Source: Chrysomallon squamiferum | Taxonomy: Eukaryota; Animalia; Mollusca | Reading direction: 5' to 3' | Length of the DNA stretch: 64,000 nucleotides | NCBI GenBank assembly: GCA_012295275.1 | Contig: CM022673.1 | Location: 8,122,001 to 8,186,000, forward strand | Part shown: piece by piece, positions 1 through 14,100 of the stretch | Position numbering within the stretch: position 1 is the first letter of the stretch | Layout: every line of letters begins with the position of its first letter | The notes under the pieces: generated by a model | What the model was told of the DNA's origin: nothing | The model's input: the letters and a program-made list of their open reading frames with translations, nothing else | The model's database searches: none | Made by a program: the position numbers and the translations under genes

Positions 1-161
1 CCAGGAATTCACAATTCACAATTAACTGTTATACTTTTAAATCCTTTTTGGTTTTCTATAGAATGTTTAATTTACTGTCAGATCTAATAGAAGAAAAATT
101 AGGATATATAAATTCTAACATTTAAAAAATGAGGGATGTAATTATTTAATATATTCATAAA

Positions 162-192
<31 letters not shown>

Positions 193-251
193 TTTCAACC
201 AAAAGTTCCAATACAACATAGTAATTTACTAATTATTTTTCATATTCTTAC

Positions 252-3200
252 TCTTGGTAAAAGCTGCCTTATCTCTTCCTTCTTTTCAGCAGCCAGTTTT
301 TTGTCAGACAAAAGTTTTTCTAGATGAGCTTCAATGAGATGATCCACTCTGAAACATTCACCATTCTTCAGATCCTTCACCATGTAGTCCTGAAATCTCT
401 CTACATGGCCTGATGCTCTGTGAAAGAAAATATGCAATAATAATAATGATTATGATGATGATGATGATGATAATAATAATAATAATATTTAAACTGAAAT
501 GTGTTAAATAGTATGACATTTTCAACTTGCATATTTTTAGTTAGTTTTATAAACTTATTTCTTCCTTTTTTTATTTATCTATTCACATTTTGTACCCCGT
601 TAAATATTATAACTGGCTAAATATCCAATGAAGGTTGGATTAAACAACAGGAAATTTTATTATTTCAACTTTAGAACAATTCCATTAGAAAAATTAAAAA
701 TGTGTCTCACTTGAGAACGGGTTCAGGTGTCAGCATGGCACAGTCGACTTCTAACATCTGTTCTTCCAGAATGAAGAATTTGCGCCATGCCTGCAGCAAG
801 TTTGCTTTGATAGCACAGCCCATTGGCCCAAAATCATAGAGTCCATTGATACCTGCAGTCAGAAGATAATCATTTATATCCCTGTCATTCTGCATACTTA
901 ATAATACCTCATATATCTATCATAATTTTTTCAAATCTGTTTCCTTTATTAACATCTACAACCCATTGTTTATTATTTTATCAAATCAGATTTGATTGTT
1001 TTATCACAGGCTATTTGATGTTAACATTTGTTATTTTTGAAATGAAGTCTTCATCATAAAAAACTTGATATAATTTTCAGTTTCTGTAACAGATACTGGA
1101 TTTGCACATACTCAAAAATAGATAAATGTTAAGCAAGTTCTGTGGAAGTTATGTCATGGAGCAATGTTTGAAATGGAGAACTAGGCTGCTATCTATTTGA
1201 GCAAATTCTTATTAAAAATTTAGTAAATATTTTTCTTCAACACACTTTTTAAACAGTTTAATAAAAAAGGAAAAATAAAATAAATTATAACCAGCTCAAT
1301 AAATTAACTTTTTGTGTTTAACAGACCATATATCTTGCTAATTTACTGACAAAAAATAATGACACAGTTCTTCAACGCATGAGTCATTTTACACTAAATA
1401 AAGCACTCATTCTGTTGTAACAGCAGGAAAATGTCTTTCAGTATTTCATTATTAATCAAAGTCACTGGACTGAAACATAGATAACTACATGCAGCTAACA
1501 GGTTCTGTTAGCACACATGACTGTTATTAATAATAACACAATGATTCAGTTTAATTATAGATTTAGTTTATTTTCAAAGTAATTTTTTTATCATTGTATA
1601 AGGTATTTTCCATGTGAACTAATGTAAATTAAATTAAAAATATCAAGGAAAAATTGTGGTTTTTTAACTGTCATGAAACTATGTCTCTTGTTTGATATTC
1701 AAAGATAATATTCTAAAAAAGACAAGGCAAATACCTCCATATATGGCAAATGACTGGTCATAGAAGAAACGTTGTTTAAGCAAGTCTTCCATTCGCCCTC
1801 TATCAAAATCATCTTTGGGTGATAATTCTAATTCCTAGAAAAAAAAAAAAAAAAAAAATTATAACTTTTTGTTATAGGTACAAAATGTTTCCATATGGTT
1901 AAAAAAATATTAAAAATAATCACACACATTTTATTGCTTTGCAAATAACTGGAATATAATACTTTTAAAAAAATAATAATTTTCCATTAATTTAGTTTCT
2001 GTTTACAATGTAAAAATAATTAGATAAATAGAAAAAGCTCAGTTGAAAAAGACTATAAACATTTAAAAAAATTCATATGCTGAAAAACACTGCAAGTAAA
2101 ACGAGGGAAAATAATAATAATAAAAATAAAAATAATAATAGTAAGAAAGAAAAAAAAAATAATTGTTAAAGAATTACTTTTGAATTATAAATTAAACTGA
2201 ACATTTAAAACACATCTGTTTGATAAATTGTATATTTCAATTTGGCAATACCTTATCTTCAAGAATTTTCTTTTTATGTTTCAAGTCTGCTACTGCTCGT
2301 TGTACATCAATATCAGGAGCTTTGTTTTCTTTTAGTTTTCTCACCAAATCACCCTGCCAAACAATGATACCAAATATCTTTTAACACAGGTTTATTCCTT
2401 CTTTCAATTGATCTAACTCCTACAGTTAGGTTTCATGTACAAAATAAGTAAAATTTAACCCATCATTGGTCTGTTATTAATGAATGAACATGAATGGTAA
2501 ATAACCTGCTTAATCAGTCCAATACTTAAATTTATATCCAAGAAAACTACAATATTTTATTTTATTTTTAATTTTATTATGAAATCATTAAAAATCTTAT
2601 TAAAAAGGTTAAAAAGCTGTTTGTACAAAAAATGTTATGTAATCAAAAGTCCTCAGATTATGTTAATATTTTTAAATTTTACTTATTTTATTTATTTTTT
2701 TATTATAAATAGAAATGATATTAAGTTCTTTTCTATATAATTGAGATTTGAACATGTTCTAAGGAAAAAAATAATTTGGTTTAGCAAACTATCTTTGATG
2801 ACTTAATATAGTTAATGCTTTAAAATAAAAGTATTAAAGTAAAAATGCCTGCAGCATAAAGCACCAGTATTTTCTAGTTTAGGTTATTTAATGTTATAAT
2901 TAATCATTTCCTAACTTCCTTGTTGACATAAAGTAACACAAAACATTCAAATATATATATAAATAAGGAGGAAAAAATAAATAAATAAATAGTTATTGGA
3001 TCATAAATAAGTTGGCTTTTCTCTTCCTATATTAAGATAATAATAAGAAGAAGAAGAAGAAACAAATGTGCCATGGTCCAAATTTCAAACACTTTTTCAG
3101 AATGTGGATTACTTTAATTCAGTAGACAACTACACATTCTCAAAAAGGTTATTTCTAAATTACCATAATAAAAAGTTGTATGACATCCTTTTTACTGAAC

Positions 3201-3857
3201 AATTCCATTAACTTGCGATGATTAAGTTATAATAATATGGTATGTGTTTTGTTTTTCTCAATTCTGCATCGTATGACTATTAATCAAACTAGACACCAAC
3301 ATATCCAATGGCAGAAGCAAATAAAAATTAAAATTAAATTTATTACTTCTTATTTATATATTGAATTTATTACTTCATATTACTGCTTTTGCAATAATAA
3401 CATAATTATTTGATTCTTGAACAGCTGAAGTCTAAGGAACCAGATGGGAGTTCAATTCCACAGTTGATGTTGCATACAAACATGGTTATAACTATTATTT
3501 AAAGGTTTTCACTGAACAGATTTATATAAAATGTGTTATAATTATATAGATATTTACCAAACAAGTATTGTTAATGTGGCAACATATAAATGAAATTTAA
3601 TAACAAAATACCTGTTCCTTGACTGCCTGTCTCAGAGGCGCCAGCTGCTCTTCGATTATGGGATCAGCCATGCCTAAATTAAATGATAAAACTTTACTCT
3701 TCTGTCTTGCCTTTCGAGTACCCCAATTAGAGGCTTCTCTTTTTTGCTGTCTGCTAGGTAGTAATAGCGGAGTGACACCCAGCCACCGTTTGACGATCAA
3801 TACAGCACTGTGACGAATTCTATGACAGCACCAAATATGATTGATCAACTGTTTCAT
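252..3857 (-). CDS. GARS1: Glycyl-tRNA synthetase (dual mitochondrial/cytosolic), 5' part; gene continues past the left window edge
   Basis: Exons 3857-3612, 2353-2252, 1834-1735, 852-711, 417-252 join in frame with GT-AG sites. They encode a WHEP domain ([20 protein letters not shown]...) and GlyRS motifs ([58 protein letters not shown]). In-frame ATGs occur at 3857 and 3671. Confidence 0.95.
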
Positions 3858-4166
3858 CAGTTCAAGCCGAACTACCTGCCACGAATGACAGTGAAGAACG
3901 AAGGGCAAAATGGTAGATAAGGTAGAAACGCCAAATGTTTAAATCTAAAACATACAGTTGATCATTTAACTTATATCTGTTATTATTCGATCCAGATCCA
4001 TGTCGTGTAGCTTTATGCAATTTCAAAATAAAACAGAATATATTTGCAGAATCAAATCCGTGCTTTATTCGGAAATGTGTTTATAACATTGTCCTTTCAC
4101 TTTCATAGCACAATGGAATTGTGGGATACTAAAGATGTCTGCGCCCATGCGGCATGACTGTAAACA
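3858..4166. promoter_or_regulatory. Bidirectional promoter region GARS1/OSGEPL1
   Basis: Divergent start codons are only ~310 bp apart, and CpG content is locally raised. Confidence 0.6.
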
Positions 4167-7100
4167 ATGCTTGTTTCTAATTTGAAATCAGTTTCATTGC
4201 TGCTTCAGCTTGCAAGACAAAATGTTACATATTCCAAATATATTTATTACATGAAAAGGCTATTGCATGATTTTAAGCCAGTTTTTTCTTCTATTCATTT
4301 TCCTAAAAATCTAAATAAATGTCGAACGTGCCCCTCAAGTAATTATGGACAGTTATTCTTGGATTGTAAATCCGTTCACAACTGCACACCTCAATCAACA
4401 AATGAGCAAAAACACAGCAAAATTAATTCTGAGCTGAGTGATGCTTTAGTCCTTGGAATAGAGACGAGCTGTGACGATACTGGTGCTGCAGTCGTCGATA
4501 ACCACGGAAATATTATCGGAGAAGCATTGCACAACCAAACAAAAACCCATATTCAGTAAGCAATAAAGTGTAAAACTCTGAATCACGCAACTTTATTTTT
4601 ATTTGTTTCTAAAGATGGTACCATCTGAAAATCCAATTATTAAGACTCAGTCTGGTGCATCTCTTAGCTACGTGGTGAGATAAAAAGTATTATCCATTTA
4701 TGATTTAATTTAATAAACGTCAAGAATTAACAACATTTCTGATTGCATATAAGTGTTTAATGTTCTTAATTTGAAAATATATAATTTTATAACAATGAAC
4801 AGAACAGAACAATTTAATACTTTCATAATAAATTATATTATTACAATTTTTCTCCTTTATAGATAACATATTTATTTAAAGCTTCTCTAATCCTTGGACT
4901 AAACAGTTTTAATAGATACTTGAATTATATTTTTTAATATTAATGTATGTGGTTTATTATAAACAGATTTGGTGGAATTATACCCCCAGTGGCCCGGGAC
5001 CTGCACAATGAACACATAGAATCTGTTGTAAACCAAGCACTGTCATCTGCAAATGTCAGCCTACAGGTACACATTTAAAAAACATAATTACTGTAACAAG
5101 TTGTTTTGCAAATATATATATTTTGATTTAATTTATTTAGTAATTAACTGGTATTATTAAAAAATTAAGTAGAGAAGTAAGTTCTAGTGTCGTTTTGTTT
5201 TTTATGTGCATATACATTGCACATAGCCAGTTTTGGGGTGTGTTTGTTTTGACTGAACTGGGATGTATTTCAAAGAACTACTGAAACAATGTTTTTATTT
5301 GTTTGTTTGTTTGTTTGTTTGTTGTTGTTTTTAACTAAAGATGTACAGTTTCCAAAAAGATGACTTTGATTATACAAGCATTATGAAATTTAGTTTAATT
5401 CTTACAACAGTGATAATACGTAACTATCAAATTTCAGATTATTGACATTATTAAAGCATTGGTTATTAAGGTTTACTTTTAAATTGAGATCATATAAAAT
5501 GTTATGTTTTAAATGAATGAATGAATGAATTATTTTTATTATTATTTTATTAATTTTTCACATTTTTTATTTTTAATTTATAGGATTTGGATGCTATAGC
5601 AGTAACAGTAAAACCAGGCTTGGCTCTGTCACTACGTGTTGGACTCAACTATGCTGTAAAACTTGTAAAAGATTCTGGGTATATATGAATATATGAGGAA
5701 TACAAAAACACTTTTTGTTTTTTTTTTGCTTCACCTAAACTATATTACATCCCATATTAACTAATAAAGTATAAAATACTTTGAACAGAAAAGAAGCAAT
5801 CAAAATTAATGATTTCAAAATAAATTAGTGATCTGAAATTAATAATTACTCATCTTAAGATCATGAAATAATTTAAGAAAACAAAGACAAAAGCTAATTT
5901 ATTATTATTATTATTATTATTATTGTTGTTATATGTTTATTATTTTTTGGGTCATTAAATGCTAAAACAATAATCATAACATTGTATCCTAGCAAACCAT
6001 TGATCCCCATTCATCATATGGAGGCACATGCTTTGACAGCAAGGATGATAGAAAGGTGAGATATCTTTTCCAGTTTTCATGGACTAATTAATACTCCATT
6101 TTCTTTCTCTTTCTTTTTCTCTTCTTATGTCTTTCTCTATGTATTAATTAATTAATTAATTTATTTATTTTATTTAATTTAATTTAATTTAATTTTTATT
6201 TATTTTTTTAAAGTTATTCAACATCTGAATGTTAAACTGATCAAAATAAAAATTTTGACAGTAATAGTAAGGATACTAATTGATGTTATTTTTGTTTTCA
6301 TGCCATTAGTTTTCAGAGAATTAATGAATCAGTTTTAAATGTCAAAATATGTGATTTCTTCATAATGATAATGATAGACAAAGCCTGACCATAATGTCTA
6401 TATTTAGATACATGTTATCTTGACATTCACCTTCTCACACCTTTTGATAAACCAAAAGGGAATATTTGTTAGATTGGGAAATTGTCAAGTGGTGTTACTT
6501 GATAGACTGATCATGTGACTAATTATGATACAGAATTCTAATACTTCTCAGGAAAAATAAAAATTTGGCTTAGCAAACTATCTTTGTGATTTGGTTTTTG
6601 CATTTTGTTTCAGAATTGAGTTTCCTTTCTTAGTGCTGCTGGTCAGTGGTGGTCACTGTTTGCTGGCCGTAGCTCGTGGAGTCAGTGATTTCCTGCTGCT
6701 GGGACATGGACTCGATGATGCACCAGGGGATGCTTTTGACAAGGTTTAAACAAAATTCAAAATTTTTATTTCTTTTATTTGTTGTGTAAAATTTCTTAGT
6801 GGGAAATTATTCTTTTTCCTTTTAAGAGAAACACTGATTTTGGAATCATAATTTTACTAAATTTTTACTAGTGAATAATATTTAAAAAACATAATTGTTT
6901 ATAAAGTGCCAGCAAAATGATTAATTTGGAATATTATATATGTCTTTATGCCATTTTTGTTTTTCATGTCTCCATTTTCAGACAGCTCGACAACTAAAAC
7001 TGAAAAATATGCCTGAGTTTGCTGCAGTGCCAGGAGGTGTTGCCATAGAAACACTGGCTCAAAAACGGAGACCCAAAAGCTTTCACATTTCCCCATGTTT

Positions 7101-9255
7101 TGACACAGAAACCAAACTGTAATTTTTCTTTTGCTGGAATAAAATTTGCTGCCAAGCAGTTGATAACATCAGAAGAAATATCACAAAGTAAGATCTTACA
7201 GATACTGATTTCTTCAACAACATTTTTTTTTTTCGTTTCACCTTATAACAGTTATGAGAAATTGCAGTGAAAATTTAATTTTAATTTAATAAAATGTATT
7301 TCTTTCCTTGAAATATAACTGTAGTTTAATACCAGGGATAATTAAGTGATGTGTAATTTTATTAAATTTATCTTTTTTTTTTTTTTTTAAGATGTTAGTG
7401 CTGGTTCTGTGTTGCCAAATGCTGCTGATCTGTGTGCTTCCTTCCAGTTTGGTGTATTACAGCATTTAGCTAAAAGACTTCAAAGAGGTTTAGTGTTTTG
7501 TGAATTAAAAGGATTGCTACCAGAGTTAAATAAAACATTGGTACGGTTTTTTGTTTTATAATAAATATAATGTTGAATTGTTTTATGTTTTTTAATGCAG
7601 AAGTAGTAACTCTATAGTATTTACAATTAATTCTATATCACATGGTATGGTGTATGATAGCCTGAACAAAGAAACAAATGCAAATCATTGAATTTTTAAT
7701 TCACACACTGATTTTGTACCATTGATTATAAGCAAAATTGTTGTCTCATCATTTAGAGTTAGACACTTCGACATGTTAAAATTGTTATGGAAACTGTTTT
7801 GTTTTCAAATGCATTTTTATTGCAATAAAAATTGTGTTCTTCTCTATACCAGTGTTTACCCATGTCAAGAGCTTCAGTTAATAACATATCTATAGACATT
7901 GATTCTTTTCCTTGAAACTAATGTATGAAAATAATCAAAAAATATGTCTTTAGGTTGTGTCAGGAGGTGTTGCCAGTAATGAGTTCTTGCGAACTGGACT
8001 TGCCAAAGTCTGTAAACGATATAAATGTCAGTTGGTCTGTCCTCCACCTAAACTCTGCACTGACAATGGAATTATGATTGCTTGGTGAGTAGATTTGTGT
8101 TGTAATAACTTGATGTTTGGAATAATCATACTCAATATAATTATGGATAATATGATTTTTGTTTATTTTTAATCTTTTTTTATCCTGAGAAAAAAAAAAA
8201 AAAAAAAAACCTATTATTTGTAAAGAAGTGATTTTCCACAAAAAATTATGTAGCCTATTTTATTTATAAATTATTTATTCAGTTATTTTATAGATTAAAC
8301 ACTAGGGAATATTTTTTCTAATTATAGGAATGGCATGGAAAAACTTCTGTTAAATGAAGGTTTTGCTGAAGACCCTGAAAATGTTGATATTCAACCTAGG
8401 TAAAATTCTTTGAAGTTTGTTTTCACTTTACTTAGCCTCTTTGTTCAGTTACTTTTAATGATATTTATTTTATATTAAATAAGCAGGAAAGATTTATTAA
8501 TTATCTGGAATGTACATTTGGTATTACCAGAAAATATAAAATGGAGCCAGGACATTTGATCACCAAAGAATTAAAAAAAATTGATTGTTGCCCATCACCA
8601 GTAATTTTGTTTGTTTGTTTTTTGTTGTTGTTGTTATATATATATATATATTTTTTTTTTTTTCAGGATATTATTTGAAATATTATAGAACTGACTTATT
8701 TTAAAGTCAAATAAGACAAATGGAAATCATATCAAATAAGAAATGTTATTGACACATTTATCAAAAGCAAAACTAAAATTATTTTCATATATTGGTTTCT
8801 TTTATCAAAACACATAATGACATAATTGCAATCAAAAGGAAATAAGATTCTTTCATTTGTTCTTGATTTGTCATTTTTATATTTCAAATAATAATCTGAA
8901 AACAAAGAAACAAATGGAAAAAAAAAAAAAAAATGCAGGTGGTGGGTATTTGTCTGTAATTTTGTTTTTTAACTTTTAAGTTGAACAACTGTCCAGTGGG
9001 CAAAATGTTCAGGTGAACAAATATCCTACAACCTATAAAACAGTATATGTTTTTTTAATTCATTGCTCTATATCTATAGAGAAAACACATTTCTTTGTTT
9101 TTGTTTCATTGACTGGAATTTATAGACAGGTAGACATTAATTACGTAAGACTATTTTTCCTTTTCTTTTATTTCAGATGTCCTCTGGGAGTTGACATTTC
9201 AGAAGAAGTTTCCAACACAGAATTAAAATTGCCAAGGCTGAAATTACTGGACTAA
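4167..9255 (+). CDS. OSGEPL1: Mitochondrial tRNA N6-threonylcarbamoyltransferase (Qri7/TsaD/Kae1 family), one apparent +1 frameshift at ~7061-7065
   Basis: Exons 4167-4555, 4967-5066, 5584-5678, 5993-6055, 6614-6743, 6982-7187, 7392-7540, 7954-8084, 8328-8399, 9177-9255. Motifs: [81 protein letters not shown]. Removing one A from the run at 7061-7065 restores the frame. AATAAA overlaps the stop. Confidence 0.93.
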
Positions 9256-11101
9256 ATAAACTTTTGTTCATACAGTGTATTTTGTTTTATACATAAAATA
9301 ATTAATATATTTATGTTCAAAAGTGTTTATTATATACATATTTAAAAATTTATATAGAAACAAACATTATTATTGGAACATTTGATGTTACAGCTACTGA
9401 AATTAATATAATAAAATAATTATTAAACATTACAGGCATGATGTGAAATGAAGATAATTAGATTACAAATTACAGATACCCATTGATTACTGCACTTAAT
9501 TAATCTGTCAGTATTACCATGTATATCAAAACTGTGTTAATCAAATATGAAAAAAAATGGTAAAAATTATAATTGATCCGTAATAGAATGTTGACTCAAA
9601 CAAAAAAATCAAATTGTACTTCCTAAATATACTCAATACATATATATGTGAGGGACTGAACTAAAAGCACAATCTAAAGGTACATAAACACCATTAATGT
9701 GTCTGAGATTTATTTCTCCTTATTTAAATTTAAAGTACTTGGGAAATTCCACCAAGACATGAGGGACATTAAAATATGGTAAACACTGTCACTGGTGCTT
9801 TCCTAAGGAACCCAGGACAGTAATGGTCTGCCAGTATTGGTCAGGGATGTGAAATGTTATCTGTGTGACTGTGGTGAAAGAGAGTTCAAAGTAGAAGAGA
9901 GGATATCTGGCAAGGGAGAAAGAAGTTTGAATCAATTCTCTGCATTATAATTACTAAACTTTTATCAGGATATATTGTTACTGTGTATCATGGTGTATAA
10001 AAGGGCATAGGAAATAAAGATATATTTGAAATCGAACTTGTGTAGTTTTTGTGTGAGGGTGCTGTACCCTGAAGTATATATATATACTTATCTTGTTAGG
10101 AAAATATTTAAATATTTATTATGACAAAGGAGTAGTTTCAACAACGTTTATACATTCAGTAAACATTTTATCAAGTTCTTTAAGTATTTTAATTATATCA
10201 AGTTTTAACATATAAACTTACTATTTTACTATTATTATTATTATTATTTTCACACATCTTTATAGCTTAGTTCTTCATATACATCAGTAGGGGTACACGT
10301 TCCTGAAAGGGCTCAATACGAAATAAAAGTTTTAAATACTGTAGCTACTGCGTAAGGCATGATCTCTAAATGACTGGCATTTAATAACCAACTCTACATT
10401 TGCGTGCCACAAAATCGCTAATTGGCAAAGCTTCCTCTCCTTAAGGTTCGATACTGTTTCTTAATCAAAATGTTTAACGTCACATCAAGGATGGTTGCAA
10501 TTAAAATGACTACGTTGATCGAGTATAGTGCATAACAATATCGTTTTAAAGAAAGGATACCTATAATTTTATAAATTCCATTTATGGTTTGAACACAATT
10601 GTAATTTACTGCTGTTTTTCACGGTGTCCAAAATAAAGTAATAAAATAAAATAAAATAAAATAAAATAAAAAATAAATAAATAAATAAATGAAATGAAAT
10701 GATATACTAAATGCACTAGAGAAAAAGAGAAAAATCATAAAAGAATCGTAATTAGAAACGGATTATCAATATTTTATATTTAGATTTAGATTTATAAATG
10801 ATGTTCGACAGTTGTCTGAACATTAATAAATGTGAGGTAAACTAAATTTCTATGGCTCGTGAATTAAACTCCTACAAACATAAATCACGAGAGGTTTGAA
10901 GACGACATGTAAGCAAACATTAGCACCATACAGATACAAATGAAAAAAAAAGGTTTAAACATGTTTTCCTGTTTTGTTTTATTGTGGGGGTATCATAAAA
11001 AGATAGTGAAATTACGATTGTTTTTTCTGTTATCATTTAAACCTTTCTGCAATGAATCTACCACTGCTGGTGGAGGAATGTAGTTGAAAAGAAATGTTGT
11101 A

Positions 11102-14100
11102 ATGGATGCGCCCACAGAAGCGATACCCAAACATCACCAAAGAGCTGAAATTTGTTATACGCGCCCGCCTTATCGAGAGGGGAGAATACCAAAAGCAGTT
11201 AAGGTATATACAGTCATTGAGTCAATAATCTTGTAGTTTAAATGTAGGTCTTGTCAGCAGATATTTTACTGAATGTCGTTCTAACTAGCTTTCTTGCACA
11301 TAATGATAATCAATTAAATCATACTTCATAGTAATTTCGTAAGTCACTTACTCACTTACTGATTTCGAACTTGGTGAGCAGCGGCAGCAGAATTGTCGTT
11401 ATATGTGAATGACGCCATATAAGTTATAATGTTGAATAGGTTATTACATAAAACACTTAGTTCCAATATTTCTTGATTTTACTTCAACTTTTAAAAGCTT
11501 TTCTACTTTCAGTTTTTGAAAAAGTATTTCTTTATTTTTCTTGCATCATAAAATTATAAACTGCAGACGTCACTGTTGACATTTCAAATAACTATATGAC
11601 AATATTCTTTGCTTTTCATGAGATTTTTAAAATAATGGATCCTATACAATTAAATATTAGAAAGATGAAAAATTTGCAGAACTTTAAATACAAAATAGAA
11701 ACCCTATAACTAGATCCTCTATTTTCAAGGTTTACACCATCAATCAGGAATCAAAATATCTATTGGTTCAGGGAGTGCCAAGCTGTTGGTGCTAGTCAAG
11801 AACTTGTGAAGTTGTTTGCATTGTATGGTGCCGTTGATGAATATCGTATTTTGGATGAGTATCCCTGTGATGATTTCACAGAAGTGTACCTTATTTGTTT
11901 TTCAAAAATTCAGTCAGCCAGGTGTGTATGATAGTAGTATCATTTTTGATTTGTTTTAATAATTAATATATTTATCTATGCATTAAACACCAATAGAAAA
12001 GCCTTGTTAATAGTATGCAAAAGATGAATAAAATAATTAACAAACGTAATAAAGATAAAATTTTCTTTCAACAAAGTTCATAAAAGAACTGTTTTAAGAG
12101 AGAAAGGAAATCATTATTTGAAGATTTAAAAAACAAAAAAAACCCAGTTATTAATATGTTGTTAAGTTGTAGTTAAGCTTTTGTATAGATATTTTAACTA
12201 TTGGTTATTCAAATTTTCTGAATTTGTATGCCATTAGTCTGATGCATTAAAAATAATTATTTGAAATTTCTTTTATAATTCCTAGGTTTGCTAAGAAGAA
12301 ACTAGATGATTACTCATTCTTTGGGGGAGTACTCCATGTGTGTTATGCACCAGAGTATGAAACAATTGAAGAATGTAGACAAAAACTTCAGGATCGCAGA
12401 AAAATTATTGCAGCAAAGACGAGAACAAATGGTGAGATTGTCCTGAGTACACTAATCATGAATATTTATGATTTTAGTTATATACCTTACATTATGTAGA
12501 ATATTTATTTGAAGGTTCAGTTGGAGAGACTGATATAATATATATTGAATTTTTGATAATTTTATATATACATAATACAGAATTATACATATATTTTCTG
12601 AATATTTAGTCTAAAACATTCTGGATTAGTTAATAACAGGAAATGGAAATTGTGGTCTTAAAATGTGACTAGTTCAATAAATATAACAATATTTCAAATC
12701 ATTTTGTATTAAAAGCCAATAACTGTCAATTTTTATTTTATAATAATGCTTTTAAAGAGGAAAGCCTCTGCCACTATAAACTATTAAAATTCAAAATAAT
12801 GATAAACGATGTATTTTTTTTTATCTAAATGTATTATACAATGTTTATTTAACAAATTTTTAAATTTTATTACAGCACCTACTGATTTTACTTTATCATT
12901 AGATGATGAGACAAAAACAAAAAATTCAGATTTCTTCCAGGCACAGAGTAACAGAGTCAATTCTAGTTCACACACAGTTTCAGAAACTTCACATGTATCC
13001 AATTATTTACCAGCAAAAAACTCTGACAATAACCATCAACCACAATTCAGCACTGACCCATCAGTTCCATCCTCCAGATGGGCAAAATGTTGAACATCAA
13101 AGAGAAGAAATTTCTATTCAGTTTGACTTTCGAATACCCCCACCACCAGTTCCAGGAAGAAATCCAAGCTACTTCAAAGACCAGAAGTCAAGATTTGAAT
13201 TTGCACATGTACCTAGTGCTCATTCAACATTACCAGCAAATTTTGATGGCAGATTACCCATTTCATCTACCTCAAAAGGAGGTAACAATAAAATAAGCCA
13301 GCAAAATACAAACAAATTGATCAATGGTTCTTCAGGTCAGATCCTTTCAGAAGACAGTCATAAGACAGAAAAAAATCCAGCAGGAAATGCTGGTAATCAA
13401 ACAAATATTATTGTTCGCGAGTTTAAAAAAAAAGGTCCAGTACCTCGTTTTGTGCCCCGACAAGCTGTAATTAAAAAAGACAAAGACACTACCCCAAAAG
13501 AAACTCCTGATAAACATTTATTGGAGGATGATGTCAGTAAACAAATTAAGAAAAATGCATTCATGCTGGGTAAACCTGAAGGCCCTACTCTGCCAAACAG
13601 AGAAGTGCTGAATGCTCCTCTGAATATTCCTACCGAACGTGAACAGTCGGTGAACCAAACTGTTCTGGATATCAGGAAAAGAATTTCAAAAGTAAGTGCA
13701 ATAGATTATTTTTTTTTTCTTATTTAATTCTTATTTAGTATATTCAAAATAATGTGTGTTATGTACTAAAATTAATACAAAAGTGTTCTGTATATACAAG
13801 TGTGTGTTTGTATATGCGGTGGACTCTGTCAAAACAGGATTCACTTGGGACAAACAACATGTACCAGTTTAGACACAGTTCTGGTACAGAAAGGTTAAAA
13901 TGACATGAAAATGGAAAATGAGTTCATGGTTTATTATGAATTTCACAGGTGAATTGGAACAGAAATGGGTAGAGTTTTTGATCTTGCCTGCTGAAACCAC
14001 TGATGCAAGAATCTGTTTAGGTTTTTGAACTTTTCTCCAAATGATGGTTTTGTACAATTCCAGGAAAGCTTTACAACAGCTAAGAATATCAGACATTACC

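Noticed and set aside
2756-2800. ~45-bp sequence shared with 6546-6590 (AATTTGG.TTAGCAAACTATCTTTG)
   Set aside because: Probably a short dispersed repeat fragment; no snoRNA boxes or structure were evident.
3440-3462. B-box-like GGGAGTTCAATTCC suggesting a tRNA or SINE
   Set aside because: No A-box or cloverleaf could be built around it.
7061-7065. Programmed ribosomal frameshifting in OSGEPL1, RBM48, NMT or EFCAB1
   Set aside because: Indels of both signs in short homopolymers across unrelated genes, with no stimulatory structure, fit sequencing error better.
9720-10070. Purine-rich, GC-richer patch resembling a LINE fragment
   Set aside because: No interpretable RT or endonuclease motif could be read.
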